Shown here in pieces: positions 39,477-53,632 of a stretch of DNA of 64,000 nt. The notes under the pieces were generated by a model. It was given only the letters and a program-made list of their open reading frames with translations. It did not search any database and was not told the DNA's origin. The position numbers and the translations under genes are program-made. Numbering within the stretch: the stretch's first letter is position 1; each line of letters opens with the position of its first letter. The DNA comes from Eledone cirrhosa (Eukaryota): contig OZ024741.1 in the NCBI GenBank assembly GCA_964016885.1, forward strand, positions 162,564,001 to 162,628,000, written 5' to 3'.

Positions 39477-40092
39477 GAGTTATAAACTCAAACAGTCTTT
39501 TACAATTAAATAGCTCAAAGAAAGGAATATTTCTGAGCCGTGTAATACAAATGAATATATGATAGGGATAAACACTGATACAAGTATACATGTGTTCGCA
39601 TTGCAAATGACCAAGTTAGCTAATTAAAATAATACGGTTTGCCTGTCTCTATTTAAAATAATAAATCAATAAAAACAAATCTATATTGGCAACAGCCGTG
39701 ATACCTGGACAAATTTTAAATTTTAAATTTGTTTCGCAACAATTAAGTGAAAGTTCCTATTCCTGTGCTCTTCTGCAGGTATCCAGAAATTGGTAAGTTT
39801 CACTTCAAAATACTTAAGAAGACTGAGAGAATGTGTTGTTGAACGCACATGTGTCACAGCGCCTAGCACGTCCCATACTCGTGCCGCTAAAAATATTCCT
39901 TTCTTTGAGCTATTTAATTGTAAAAGAATGTTTGAGTTTATAACTCTATATATAATATTCTCGGCTCCATACGTTGAGCTAATTTCAGTCCCATAAAACC
40001 GGCTGCTATTTTTAGCGGCACGAGTGTGGGACGTGCTAGGCGCTGTGACACATGTGCGTTCAACAACACATTCTCTCAGTCTTCTTAAGTAT
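39470..40092 (-). mobile_element. PLE-type terminal repeat family (second copy at 62250-62795)
   Basis: Internal direct and inverted duplications; hammerhead-like fold at 39705-39779 (CCTG/CAGG stem I, GAAAC, GUC). Confidence 0.6.
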
Positions 40093-41054
40093 ACTGTTAT
40101 TTAAACCTTTCCGACACTAATAAACCAACAATAAATCTAATAACTCCACTATCCAGGAGATTCCAACCAGAATGGTTGCATTTTTAAGGGTATGTCAATA
40201 TTTATTTATTAAACTAACCTATATTATATTTTATCTGATGAAAGCGCACCATAGTTTACCTTGGTGGCCCTTGAAATATGTATAATGAAATAAATATGGT
40301 TTTATAAATATAGTTTCCATTTGTTAATATATTGTATATATATATATATATGAATATTGCTTAAAGCTTTCTCTGTTAATGTATTAAGTATTATACTCTT
40401 GAATGGCCGGAGATGAAAATTCCAGATATTTAGATATGACTTTCTTTATTTATTCCTTGTATGAAGTATTGATTGTTTTACCTGTATCTCATGTCCGATT
40501 TTGCCTGAGAAAATACATCTATGTATGTATAAATATATTTATACATATATTTATTTTTTTAATATCCAATTGAGTTCTTCACGCGTGGTTAAAATTCATG
40601 ACAGAATTAATTGACCTGCGTATATATTATTTTGTTTTACGATGACCTCCCCTTCCCGTTTGGGGACAGTGTGAAATTTCTTGGAAGGAGAGATGTATTT
40701 AATGATGTCTCATATAAAATAATACAGCCGGCTATCTGCAAAATACAATATAGTTAACATCTCAAACATATAATTAGGGTTATACTCAGGTATATCCTAA
40801 TGTTTGTTGAGTGAGATGGATGTCGGTCGGAGTATTGCTTAAAGCTTTCTCTGTTAATGTATTAAATATATATATATATATATATTTGAAAAAAGGTAAG
40901 AATGACTTCAGTGGTGACTGATATTCTTTGATAATTCAAGTCTTTACAATAAGTCGTTATTGATATTAGTTCTGGTTAGTCCTTGTTAACGTCTGTGGAG
41001 AACAAGATCCCGTTAAGAGTGAAAACACCGATTCTTTGCTTAAACTTTAAGCAG

Positions 41055-41131
<77 letters not shown>

Positions 41132-41132
<1 letters not shown>

Positions 41133-42210
41133 TAGCAGCAGGACCCGGCGTTGCACAGGGTAGGAAACGTGAAATGACAACACGCATATACAAAGATTGA
41201 GGAATGTAGCTGTGTACTTTTTGAATTCCCGTATTCTAAGGGAATGACTGTTCATCTTCTGGAAACGTAGAACATCAGCAGGCCCGAATCGTGAAACATC
41301 TGCATGCATGTGCAAAATCTGAAGAAAATCAGCTGGATACTCTTTAAGCGTACTAAATCTTAGAGTATGATTTTTCTTCCATTTGGAGAAAATCGGTTAG
41401 GTACTTTTCGAGTTTTATAGATTCGCACCCAGTCATCCGGACATACATCATCTGAAGGAGCGACGTAGTCAATTATGTGAAAACCAAGTAGGGATATACG
41501 TTTAAGTAGGTATATTGAGATGACGAAATCAGCGTGGCAACGCAGCTGCAGCAGAAGGGGCTCATAGTGCAATTAGCACAAACGCTGGGCGGCACTGGTT
41601 GCACTGCGTTTACACAGCAACAAAGTGCGACAAAAGGGGTCACCGCGGAATTAGCACAACCACTGTTCGGCGTACTTGCGCAGGGCATTCATACTGCGGT
41701 GTAGGTGCAACAAAAGGGATCTTAGTAAAAGTAGCACAGACGTGAATTTTACGGTGTCAATAACACGGCAACGTACACAGGGCCCGGATTTGCGCGTGAT
41801 GAAAGCACGAAGTGTCAACAGGGCACCGACAAAAATTTGAAGGTCCCCCTCATTTCCTTAATCCCCCCAAATGGTCCTGCTTAAAAGTAAGTGTTGTGTC
41901 CTCTGTTAAATAAACCAAATTTTTAACGAAATATTATACGCTACTTACGATGTTTAAGAAGCGTTTATATTGAAAATGAAAATGGCATGTAATGCCCTAT
42001 GTTAATTCGTAATTTTCCTAGAAACCATTAATGGAATCGGATATTTTTTTTGTCCACAGCTATGCGAGGGGACTAACTAATGTGTGCTGCAAATTTCGAG
42101 GAAATCGGGTGGATTATCTTTCAGTTACGCCTCAAAAAGCCTAAAAGTGCTTTTAAAATGCGGTTTTTCGCCTATTGCGAAACAGTATTATCAAAACTGT
42201 CCGGGTGATC
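41132..42210 (-). mobile_element. Non-autonomous Helitron-like element
   Basis: Plus-strand CTAGCAGCAGGACCCGGCGTTGC terminus matches 36157 and the reverse complement of 31808-31835; far boundary uncertain. Confidence 0.6.
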
Positions 42211-42382
42211 GGTAGTTACCACAATTCTGGTTTGTATTTATTTTTCTTGATTTATTCTTAAATTGAGTCTAGCAAACCCTATTGTCTGTAGTTAGTATTC
42301 TTTTCACCTTAGCGAATCTGGTCCATTACGATTTGAACACATATATGTATATGACTGTTCGTTTTTCTTTTTTGTTTAGTTA

Positions 42383-42423
<41 letters not shown>

Positions 42424-42473
42424 TCCAATTCAGGTATAAGCATTGAGTGCTGTAGAAATTTAGTATTATTTAT

Positions 42474-42593
<120 letters not shown>

Positions 42594-42856
42594 ATATAGT
42601 ATTAGGATTGGTTTTCTGAAATAGCGATGTATACATGAATGTATGCATAGTATATTTGGCAATATACCGTATGTTTAATTAAAAACATTTTGGAGACCTT
42701 ACGCTATCATTTTAAAGTAGTGACTATATCACTTACTTCTTTTCGGCGAAAGAAGGCAGAGAAGTTAACAGTCTGTTTCATGCTGTTTGGCAATCATCAG
42801 AGCTACGTACTACCCTCTTCCGCCGAAAATTATAGAAGCTGGATTCTTATAGAATT

Positions 42857-42921
<65 letters not shown>

Positions 42922-42923
<2 letters not shown>

Positions 42924-45900
42924 TATCTGTTATTTTAATAAATATTTGCTCTACGGTTCTTATATATTTGATATATATTTATCCTTATCGAACCCTCTTT
43001 GGATTTTAGTCTTCAAATTTATTATTATTACTATTTGGCTCCCTCGGTTGAGCACTCTACTGACTTATATTCATCATGCAGAAACAACATCTGAATATTT
43101 CTACAAAGAACATACCCGTACCAAGCAGGAAAACATACCTAAAACTCCTGATTCAGAAAACAGACGCGTTCATTAAAAAGTTGCGTTGGCGTGCCTTTTA
43201 TTTCGATAATCCGCGTAAAGCAGACAACAAACAGGATAAATTTGGATTTAAAACCTATAATTACCCCCCGTGTAACCCAGCATTGCTACCCTTCGAAAAT
43301 GATGTCTTGGAACTCATTCGGAGTATCAAATTTCGGAATAGGAGCAATTCCTTCCAGCAAGACCTGAAGAATAGAATTCGTTCTATTAAGGATTATAACG
43401 CCGTGCACGTCCATTCCAACAAAACTGGCAACCTATATCAAGTGGAGCGCAGTACTTACCATCAACTACTACATAATGCTGTAACTAAGGATTACCGTAA
43501 AACTAATCGGTGCGTCATCAATGAAATCAACGATGCTGGGTTTAAAATCACATCTGATCTCAACATCCTGGACCGGACCGAACCTCTGGACCCTATTTCT
43601 CCCCACTTTACCCTGAAGGATCAGAAATCCAATTTTCCGAACAACCCCTCTATTCGGCTTATTAACCCTACGAAGTCCTATTTAGGTAGACTTAGTAAAA
43701 CGATTCTTGATAGAATTATACCTGAAATTAGAAGTTTGGCCCCTCTTGCACTGTGGAACAATTCTTTCGCGGTGATTGATTGGTTCAACGGCATATGTAA
43801 CAAGGAACATTGCCGTTTTATCCAATTCGACATCAACAATTACTACTCCTCCATCACTTTACCACTTCTCCTTAGAGCTATCAATTTCGTTAAAACACTC
43901 ACAGTGGTTAAGGATTTCGAAGTTGATGTCATCCTCAATGCCCGAAAGTCGGTGATTAATTTCGACGACTCTATTTGGATTAAAAAATCCAATAGTACCC
44001 CATTCGACGTGAGTATGGGCGCCAGTGATTCTGCGGAGGTTACTGATCTTATAGGCCTTTTCCTTCTTTTCTCTATCAAGGACGAATTCCCCAACGCGGG
44101 CGGTGGTTTGTACCGTGACGATGGTCTTTTGACCATGACTAAGTGCGGACCCCGTGCTTGCGACAGGTTCAGAAAAGAACTCACAGCCTTTTTAAAGGCT
44201 TCAACCTCTCGATACAGGTTGAGGCCAATCTCTCGGTCGTTAATTACCTCGACGTTACCCTCAATTTATTGAATGGGTTGTATTACCCGTATAGAAAGCC
44301 GAATGATACGCTTAATTACATAAGTAAGCATTCCAACCATCCTGCCAGCATAACCAAGAACCTGGTAAGAAACGTTTCGTTGAAGCTTTCCCGTCTTTCC
44401 ACCAACGAGCGTATTTTCAACGACCATTCCACTTATTACAATGAAGCTCTTGCTCGAAGTGGATTTGTCGATAAGGGAGCATATACAGAGTACGAAAATA
44501 GACCTAGAAGAAATAGATCCCGTCGCATTTGTTGGTATAACCCACCATATAATATGGAGGTGGCCATGCCATTAGCTAAGATCTTTCTTTCCCTTATTAC
44601 GAAGCATTTTCCCCCTACACATAAATATAGTAACATTTTTAATAGAAATACTATTAAAATTTCTTACTCTACGACTCCTAACCTTGCACATAACATCACA
44701 GCTTCAAATTTAGCTAAACTACCTAGCCGTAGGAACACGTGCAACTCTGTAGTTAGTACTAACTGTAATTGTAGAAATCGGGTTGATTGCCCCCTATCCG
44801 GGAAATGCCTCTCTAGTAGCATTGTCTACAAATGTAAGGTTGTAACACCCACGTCCCGTAGGGCCTACATCGGGTTAACCGCCAATAGATTCAAGCAGCG
44901 TCTTTACATGCATACCCATTCTTTTCGTTACCCTCTAAGAAGGAATATGACGTCACTTTCAGCTTATATCTGGAGTCTAAAAGACAACCACACCCAATAT
45001 AAGTTACACTGGGAGATCCTAGCTAGGGCTAGATCGTATAACGGAAATAAAAGACCATGTGACCTCTGCGCCGCTGAGGCCCTGGAAATACTCTACGCCA
45101 CAGACCACATTTTAAACAAAAAATGTGAGGCAATTTCGGCTTGTAAACATAAATTGCACAAAACTTTCCTGTATTACAGCCCCACGTTATACCTTAACGG
45201 ATAGTACGATCTATACGTGGATATTTTACGTCTTGATGTGGTAGCTAAGTATATGTTTTGTTTATACCATTACTTATTTGCATAGGTAAGTATATATTAC
45301 CCGTACGTTTTGCGAAAGTACGTATACCTTCTCGTACGTTTATTTGATTGTTTATGTTATGGCGTATAATTTTATATATTCTGGTACATATGGTTTGACT
45401 ATGTGTATACGGGAGTTTTGCGTCTGTGTGAGTATGCAGGTTCGTACGTATGTAGGGTGTGTGTATATGTGTACTTCATGTTTTGGTTGACTTACGTCTC
45501 CGTATATTCGTGTATTTACATGTAGGTATGTGTGTGCGCTTGTTATATACGTATTTATTTATTTATATACGTTTATATAATTATTTATTTATTGGTATAC
45601 ACGCATACACACACACATATTTATATGTGCGTGGTTTTGTATACCTATGGTAAGCGTTTTGCGTATGCTTCTGTATGTACGTATTTGTTTGCGTGTACGT
45701 ATTTATTTATTTCTATTACTTCTGTATTGTATTTATTTACTTTGTTCTTAACTCTGTAGCGGAGATTCATTCGGTCTCCTAGTTAGAATTTTAGTCTACG
45801 ACTTCTGCTATACCACTTACGTGGTTTTGTCTTTGCGTGCTATTGTTTTCAACGCTCCACATATGACGTATTATCTTCGTTTTTTTCGTTCATTGCCAGA

Positions 45901-46201
45901 GAACGTCTCTATGAACCACCTAAGAGAACATTATTCTACGACCTCTTTTATACCATAAACGTGGTTCTGTCTTTGCGCGTAATTGTTTTTCACCGCTCCT
46001 ATTAATGACGTATTATATTCGTTTTTTCCCGTTCTTTGCCAGCGAACGTTTCCACGAACCAAAGTATCGTCTTCCTGTCTTCCTCCGGTTGCAACGTTTT
46101 TTGAAATATCCACTTCTGCGTTTACAGATTGACTTTGTTAGTTTCAGAAGATCCCGTTAATTGTGAAAGCAGCGATTCTTTGCTTAAACTTTAATCTGTT
46201 A

Positions 46202-46208
<7 letters not shown>
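42922..46208 (+). mobile_element. Near full-length Penelope-like element (probably Naiad clade)
   Basis: RT+GIY-YIG ORF; ATCTGTTATTTTAATA redundancy at both ends; (TA)n flanks; inverted 5'-end copy at 46303-46412. Confidence 0.85.
43076..45204 (+). CDS. PLE reverse transcriptase + C-terminal GIY-YIG endonuclease, one frameshift near 44190 (~709 aa restored)
   Basis: STKNIPVPS...KLRWRA N-terminus, RLINP, FDINNYYSSI, FDVSMGA, LYRDDGL, YLDVTL, YRKPN, CNCR..CPLSGKC, VYKC...YIGLT...FKQR, CDLC..E, CKH. Confidence 0.9.
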
Positions 46209-46284
<76 letters not shown>

Positions 46285-46431
46285 TATACATACATATATA
46301 TAGTAATAATAATAAATGCGAAGACTAAAATCCGAAGAGGGCCATATAAGGATAATATATATATAAAAATATATAAAAACCGTAGACCAAATATTTATTA
46401 AAATAACAGATGTTATTTTTAGTATTATTAT

Positions 46432-46496
<65 letters not shown>

Positions 46497-46870
46497 TTGC
46501 GAGGTTTTTGATATGTGACCGTGTGTCGAAACAAATATTGTTATACTTGGGGAGGGTCATATTGTTGTAATAATATTGCCAGAATTAATAACAGAACACA
46601 CTCACCGTTTGTTTGGTTTTCGCTTCTGTATCTTTTATAATCTCCACATTTAATTCATTCGGTCCTCAATGTTTACCATTGACTGACCAACGGTCAAAAA
46701 TACAGATATAATATATATATAAACACATATATATGGTCTAACAAAGTTCTTTCGTTGCACATTTGCAACATCGTCAGTGGTGCTATTATGTTCCTCCTGT
46801 TGTATTGTATATTTACGCCATATTTTTTTGTAAATATACAATACGTAAATATACAATACAACAGTGCACA

Positions 46871-46950
<80 letters not shown>

Positions 46951-47359
46951 CATAAACATCCCGTATATCATTCAATATACAATACATACATTTATATATA
47001 TATCGCTATGTCGGAGCACCAATACAAATTTTTAATCTATGCTGAGCCATGTACCGCTCCGTATGCAAATGAGTTCCAACAGCTCATAAGCATAAGCAGA
47101 ATTCTATAAGAATCTAGCTCACTTTAGCTTCAACAATGGCAGGGATATGTAATCTTGATAAACACTAACAAGTGAAAAATGACTGCATAATCGCTTACTT
47201 CCCCCTGTTTTTGCTGAAGCTAGGTAAGTAACGATTGTCACAACCTTAAAATTCATAGCGAAAGGCCTTCAAATGTTTTTCATAAACATTCCATATATCA
47301 TTCTATATACAATACGTACATTATATGTATATCGCTATGTCGGAGCACCAATACAAATA

Positions 47360-47496
<137 letters not shown>

Positions 47497-47864
47497 GTTG
47501 ACGGACCCAGCATATTTATCAATGCCAGTACCGGTTGTATCTTAGCGCACTCAATGGGCAATGTAAGATACATTACCAGAGTATGCACATAGTTATTTGC
47601 GTCAACACAATACACGTAAAACGGGTGCCTATAAGGTCCCCGGACTCGAGTTTCTGCCGCACTAATGCAGCGCAGCAGTAAGGTAAACTGCACCATCTGT
47701 CTGCATGTATTATGCAACAATGCACAATCGGCTTATGCGGCTTCATCAGCGGGTATCGCCTAATCAATAACCAATCGATCGACAGAATCCAAACACCAGC
47801 CCATGCCGGTCATGACTGTTTTTGTCAACCGACACGGTAAAGCGATTAGCAATTGGCACCCGAT

Positions 47865-50800
47865 ATATATATATATATATATGCAAGAAGCAAAGACAAT
47901 TTCAGTGATATGAAAGATTTCCTGGTGGAAGTTCAGGTTCACTTCGTGTTGGTATCCAGTTTCGCGGTGAAAATCAAATTAGAAATTTGAGAGGTCCACG
48001 TAAGCATTGATATATCTATATATATATATATATGTATATGTAAAAGGTAAACAGAAATAACAACACAATCGGTACAGTATATGGAAGGAATATATTAGGT
48101 TAGGGTTGTACCGATTGTGTTGTTATTTCTGTTTATCTTTTACATATATATATAAACGCTTACGTGGATCTCTCAAATTCGTTGGATTTTCTAATTGGAT
48201 TTTCACCCCGAAACTGGATACCAACCCGGAGCATACCTGAATTTACACCAAGAAATCTTTCGTATCACTAAAATTTTCTTTGCTTCTTGCATTTAAATAT
48301 ACCACGACTCTCTATCACTTTTCCTCTACTACAATCTTCTTACACCACCTTCTTCTCCGTCTATTTTTCACTCCCACCCTGTAACTTCAACATGCCCAAT
48401 CTCAAAACTTTTCTCCGCTAGCTCCATTCTACTCTCAAACGCTTCCTCCAACCTCTCCCCCCCCTATATGCATCCAATCCTCCCTGCATTTCTCCAACCT
48501 CATTTTCACCAAAACACAATATAATAGTCACATTACCTTTTTAAGTCGCTGTCTCCACCACCTACTCATTCCCCGAGGTTTCCGCCTCAAGTTCCACCCA
48601 CCTCTTACTCTGCTCTCACCACTGAGCCCATCCTTATCCGCTCCTCTCGCCAGCTCATGCGGTCAACTATCCGATCTACTCTCGCCAAAATCTGTTCTCT
48701 CCATCCTCGCCCAATCCCTTATCCAATTCATCCTTCACCTCAATCGCCTCCTTTTCAATTTCCTCACTTCCATAAAAAACCATAAACGCCACTAACTCCC
48801 CCCCTCCCAACTGCCGTCACCACCCATACTCATTTCATCTTCAACCCTAACCCCTCTATCCCGTCACCTAACAGCCCCTTTCCTCTCCCCACCACTGAAT
48901 CTGCACACGCTTTTCCCAACCACCTTAACCCCTCCGCCTCCGCCCCTTTCACTCTCTCACGTTCCTGCACTGTAGTCACCATACCCCAGGACCTACCACT
49001 CTCCGAAGCTGAACGCTCCCTCCTCGCCCGTGGTTTGCGTTTTATACCAACCACATCTACCTATGACGAGTTCCGCATACGTGCCGATATCGAAGGGTTC
49101 TTCTGTCGATTAAAGATGAAAGCTTTTTTTCAAGACACGCCATCATCGTCACAGACAGATGACTTCACTCGTCTCAGTCGCCGACAATCACATTGGACGC
49201 CGAGCTCTGGCCAGTTCAGCACCCTCGATTCCTTTGTCGATACTTGCCGGCGCACTGTGAACCGGTTCCGTTTCTACCAGCATTCTCGTCGCTCTAACAT
49301 CACGCGGGCTGAGCTATCCACTCTTCGCTACCTTCGGTGTCGCGATGACATTGTCATCAAAACCGCTGACAAAGGTGGCGCTGTGGTGGTTTGGAGCGTT
49401 GACCTCTATAGGGCTGAAGCTACGATAACCTTTTTTACCACCCTTTATCCTCCGACCCCACTCCTGGCTATCAACAACTCGTGCCTCCACCATATACCAG
49501 CTCATCTCCTCTCTCCTACCCCCCCACAGTCACCAACCTTATTGTACGCACCCTTCGCACACCCACCATCTACTTCCTCCCCAAAATGCACAAACAAAAT
49601 AATCCCGGCCGTCCTATCGTTTCCGCATGCAACTGCCCCACCGAGACCATTTCTGAATATTTAGACACCATCCTCGCCCCGTTAGTCGTCAATATCCCCT
49701 CCTACATCCACAATATCAATCACGCCCTTAGACTCTTCAACTCCAGCTCCTTCCCTATTGGCCCCTCTCGCCTTCTCTTTACCCTGGACATCACCTCTAT
49801 ACTGTCATCCCTCATGATTACGGCCTCCGCGCTCTCCAACATTTTTTAGACTTACGCCCTACCTCTTACCCCAACACTACCACTCTTCTCCGTCTGGCTT
49901 AGGTTGTTCTGACCCTCAATGGCTTTTCCTTTTCGGGTGAATTCTATCAGCAGGTCTCTGGGATAGCGATGGAAATTAGAATGGGTCCAAACTATGCCAT
50001 TTTGTTTGTTGGCTACGTCGAAGCCCAGATCTCCCAGTACGCTGGACCGACTCCTTAGCTATACGGTCGTTATATCGACGATTGTATCGGCGCCACCTCT
50101 CTATAACGAGAACAGCTTGACTGCTTTCTATCTTTTGTCCCATCTTTCCTGCTTTTACTTTCACCGCCTCCGTCTCCGATTCTTTTATCCCTTTTCTAGA
50201 TATCTCTCTATCTATCAATCACTCTCACCACACTCTCTCTACTTCCATCTTCTATAAACTAACAGACTCCCACTCTTACCTCGACTTCACCTCCTCCCAT
50301 ACAACCCACACCAAACACTCGATACCCTATTCCCAATTCCTCCGTCTTCGTCGGCTCTGTAGCCAGGACGACGATTTTGAAACCCATTCCCTTCACATGG
50401 CTTCCCGCTTCATCCAGCGTGGATATCCCCCCACCCTGATCCAAGCTGCTCTCACCCGCGCCCGTGAAACCTCACCAGTGCCCTCTCAACACCTGCGTTC
50501 CTTTCCCTCTCACCTACCACCCCGGTGACATATCCCCCGTTCCTTCCGCACCCTCTCTTCTGACCCCGCCATTTCTCGCTTTTTCCCATTACTGCATTTA
50601 AGCGCGCCCGCAACCTCCGCAACCTCCTGGTACGCAGTTCCTTCTCGTCCTCTCCCACGACTCCACCCCGCTCTCATCCTTGTTCTCGTTCCCACTGCAA
50701 CACTTGTCCCTTCATTTTCACCTTCACCACTCTCACAGGCCCTAACGGGTCATTCCGTATCCGCCACTCTTTCACCTGAACATCCACCCACGTTGTCTAT

Positions 50801-51699
50801 GCCCTCCGGTGTTCCCTTTGCGAGTCTTTATACATCGGACAACCGGGACGCCGTATGACGGACCATTTTGCTGAGCATTTGAGGGACATACGACTCGGTT
50901 TGGATACTCCTGTCGCCCGTCATTTCTGTTCTCCTGGTCATTCTTCCCTATATGTCTCAGTCCTGAGTATCCTTTTACATTATGGATCACAGTCCTCGCA
51001 CACCAGGACTGAACAGAGTCTGATTCACCGCCTTGGGTCCTATTCCCCTCTTAGACTCAACTCCCCAATTTCTTTAATACCCCGTCCATTATCACATGCG
51101 CTTGTACATTCACTCCTAAATTCCTTCGCTCTCTTATGATCAGAAACATATTCTCTTACAACTAATACAGACCGACAAAATATGCACACTCCACTTTTCC
51201 CTTCACAGCTCTGTATACACACATACACACCCTTATATTAACATACTTTTGCTCATAGCTTCGTACTTACAAGCACACGCACTCTTTTACTTATATATAC
51301 ACACACATTTCTTCTTAGCTTCGTACAGACGTATAATAACACACACACACACACAGCACGTGCACAAGTATAGCTCTTTTTACAAAACGTTTTTTTTCCC
51401 ATTTCAAGTAGACGCGCTCCATCATCCACTTTTCTAAAAAAATAAATCATGCTCAAAACGCCAGCACCAACAGTTTTCCAAGAGATGTCAACATGAATGG
51501 ACATGTTATTTTTATCTAAAGATATTTTTAACAATTTCAAACCACTGGTCCCTTCAATCTATCTTATTTCTCATTCTTTCTTCTGATGAAGGACTAGCGT
51601 CGGAAACGTTAAGACCCTCTTCCTACCATTTCAAGCGTTAACCTAATATATTCCTTCCATATACTGTACCGATTGTGTTGTAATTTATGTTTACCTTTT

Positions 51700-51700
<1 letters not shown>
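47865..51700 (+). mobile_element. Full-length but degraded Penelope-like element (Neptune-like)
   Basis: LSEAERSLLARGLRFIPT, IKTADKGGAVVV, YFLPKMHK..PGRPIVS, TLDITS, RYIDD, TDSHSYL, VYALRC..LYIGQ; hammerhead core at 51583-51614; inverted 5' segments at 47865-48100. Confidence 0.9.
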
Positions 51701-51782
<82 letters not shown>

Positions 51783-52223
51783 TATATATATATATAAAAC
51801 ATATGGGTATAATATGTACACGTACACACACAGCATTTTACAAGTAGTTACTTCCGTGTTGACTAGTTTAAAATATATTATATGCATTTACTCTCTAAGG
51901 CGAACATTTAAGGAAATGGTAGTGATTTGATTTTATCTTCGCAAATTTGAAAAATAATTTGATTTTTTAAACAAATTCTCAGAACAAGTTCAACTGTTCA
52001 TTGTTTTCAATCACTCATTATCAAATTGACCCGTTTATATCGATTTTATCGATCTCAGAAGAATTTGAACTTAAAATGTAGAAAGACGAAACTACATACT
52101 TAATTCTCTCTATATGTTAATTTATTTGTAATTGATGCAACATGATCGAATGATTAAGAAGTATGCTTCGCAATCACTATGTTCCTGGTTCGATCCTACT
52201 GCTTTCATTTTGGCCAATTGTTA

Positions 52224-53471
52224 TCAATAGTATCGACACTTACTTTGTGGTGACGTCATGGGCAAAAGTTGACTACCATAGTTATGACTCATGTCTTGTA
52301 ATTGACATCGCATGTTATTGTCATTTAACATACTAACGACAAACCGTGACCTGTGAGGTCTTGAGCCCTTATCTTCCATTGTCCCCTGTCGAGCTGTGCA
52401 TTGTAAGTAACATATTGGGCACTTGTCATCTACCATAGTCTCATGGTCATCTGCCATAGTCTCGCGTCGACCATTGCATTTTAAGCAACGTCTTGAGCAC
52501 TTCTCTTCCTTAGTCTCGCGTAGACCCATGCATTTTAAGTAACGTCTTGAGCACTTCTCTTCCTTAGTCTCGCGTGGACCCAAGCATTGTAAGAAACATC
52601 TTCGGCACTTGTTATCTTTCCTAGTCTCGTGTCGACCCGTGCATTGTGAGTGACGTCTTGGGCTATTGGCATTTAACAGAGTAACGAGGACCCGTAACTT
52701 GGGAGGTCTTGAGCTCTTGTGATCTACCATAGTCTCGCGTGGACCCATGCCTTGTAAGCAACGTCTTGGGCACTTGTCATCTTCCCTAGTCTCGTATCGA
52801 CCTGTGTATTGCGAGTGACGTCTTGGGCTATTGTCATTTATCAGAACAATGTCAAAACATGGCTTGCAACGTCTTGAGCTCTCGTCATCTTCCATAGTCT
52901 CGCGTCGACCCATGCCTTGTAAGTAACGTCTTGGGCACTTGTCATCTTCCTTAGTCTCGTATCGACCTGTGTATTGCGAGTGACGTCTTGGGCTATTGTC
53001 ATTCATCAGAACAATGTCAAAACATGGCTTGCAACGTCTTGAGCTCTCGTCATCTTCCATAGTCTCGCGTCGACCCATGGATTGTACGACACGTCTTGAG
53101 CTCTCGTCATCTTCCATAGTCTTGCGTCGACCCATGCATTGAAAGTAATGTCTTGGGATCTCGTCATCTTCCATAGTGTCGCGTCGACCCATGCATTGTA
53201 AGTAACGTCTTGGGATCTCGCCATCTTCCATAGTCTCGCGTCGACCCATGCTCTGTAAGTAACGTCTTGGGATCTCGTCATCTTCCATAATCTCGTGTTG
53301 AGCCATGCATTGTAAGACTCCTCTTGGGCTCTCGTCATCTTCCATAGTCTCATGTAGACCCTTGCATTGTAAGTAACGACTTGGACTATTAAAGTTTAAC
53401 AGACCAGCGGAAAGAGATGCCTTGTAACGTCTTGAATTCTCGTCACCTTCCATAGTCTCGTATCGATCCAT
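52224..53471 (-). CDS. Uncharacterised 415-aa tandem-repeat protein (19-aa unit MGRRETMEDDESSRRYLQC)
   Basis: Open 1248-bp frame across diverged 57/54/51-bp units; GAGGCATGG start context; upstream in-frame stop; splice-acceptor-like TTCTTTTGAATTACAG ending at 53532. Confidence 0.6.
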   Translation of the reverse strand: MDRYETMEGDENSRRYKASLSAGLLNFNSPSRYLQCKGLHETMEDDESPRGVLQCMAQHEIMEDDEIPRRYLQSMGRRETMEDGEIPRRYLQCMGRRDTMEDDEIPRHYFQCMGRRKTMEDDESSRRVVQSMGRRETMEDDESSRRCKPCFDIVLMNDNSPRRHSQYTGRYETKEDDKCPRRYLQGMGRRETMEDDESSRRCKPCFDIVLINDNSPRRHSQYTGRYETREDDKCPRRCLQGMGPRETMVDHKSSRPPKLRVLVTLLNANSPRRHSQCTGRHETRKDNKCRRCFLQCLGPRETKEEKCSRRYLKCMGLRETKEEKCSRRCLKCNGRRETMADDHETMVDDKCPICYLQCTARQGTMEDKGSRPHRSRFVVSMLNDNNMRCQLQDMSHNYGSQLLPMTSPQSKCRYY

Positions 53472-53632
53472 GCCTCGTGAGTGAAATTGGATGGACAGAA
53501 AATGGTTGGAAGCTCGTCAGATGGACTGTATCTGTAATTCAAAAGAACAACCTTGTCACACACTGATTCTCTACCGAGGTGGACAAAATAAAGTACTAAT
53601 CATGTAGTAGGGTGCATTTACTTCACTCATCT

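Noticed and set aside
44185-44200. Programmed -1 frameshift in the PLE ORF
   Set aside because: C TTT TTA is not a canonical slippery heptamer; a single-T loss in a homopolymer is simpler, and PLEs normally have one ORF
44760-45160. Selenocysteine recoding as reported for some Naiad PLEs
   Set aside because: The conserved Cys positions are TGT/TGC and the frame has no in-frame TGA
52224-53471. Reflectin identity or CRISPR-like array
   Set aside because: No reflectin MD(X)5MD or MEPMSRM motifs and little Tyr/Trp; repeats are contiguous with no unique spacers and no cas genes
53505-53525. CTGACGAG hammerhead-like core upstream of the repeat ORF (minus strand)
   Set aside because: No GAAA or stems follow
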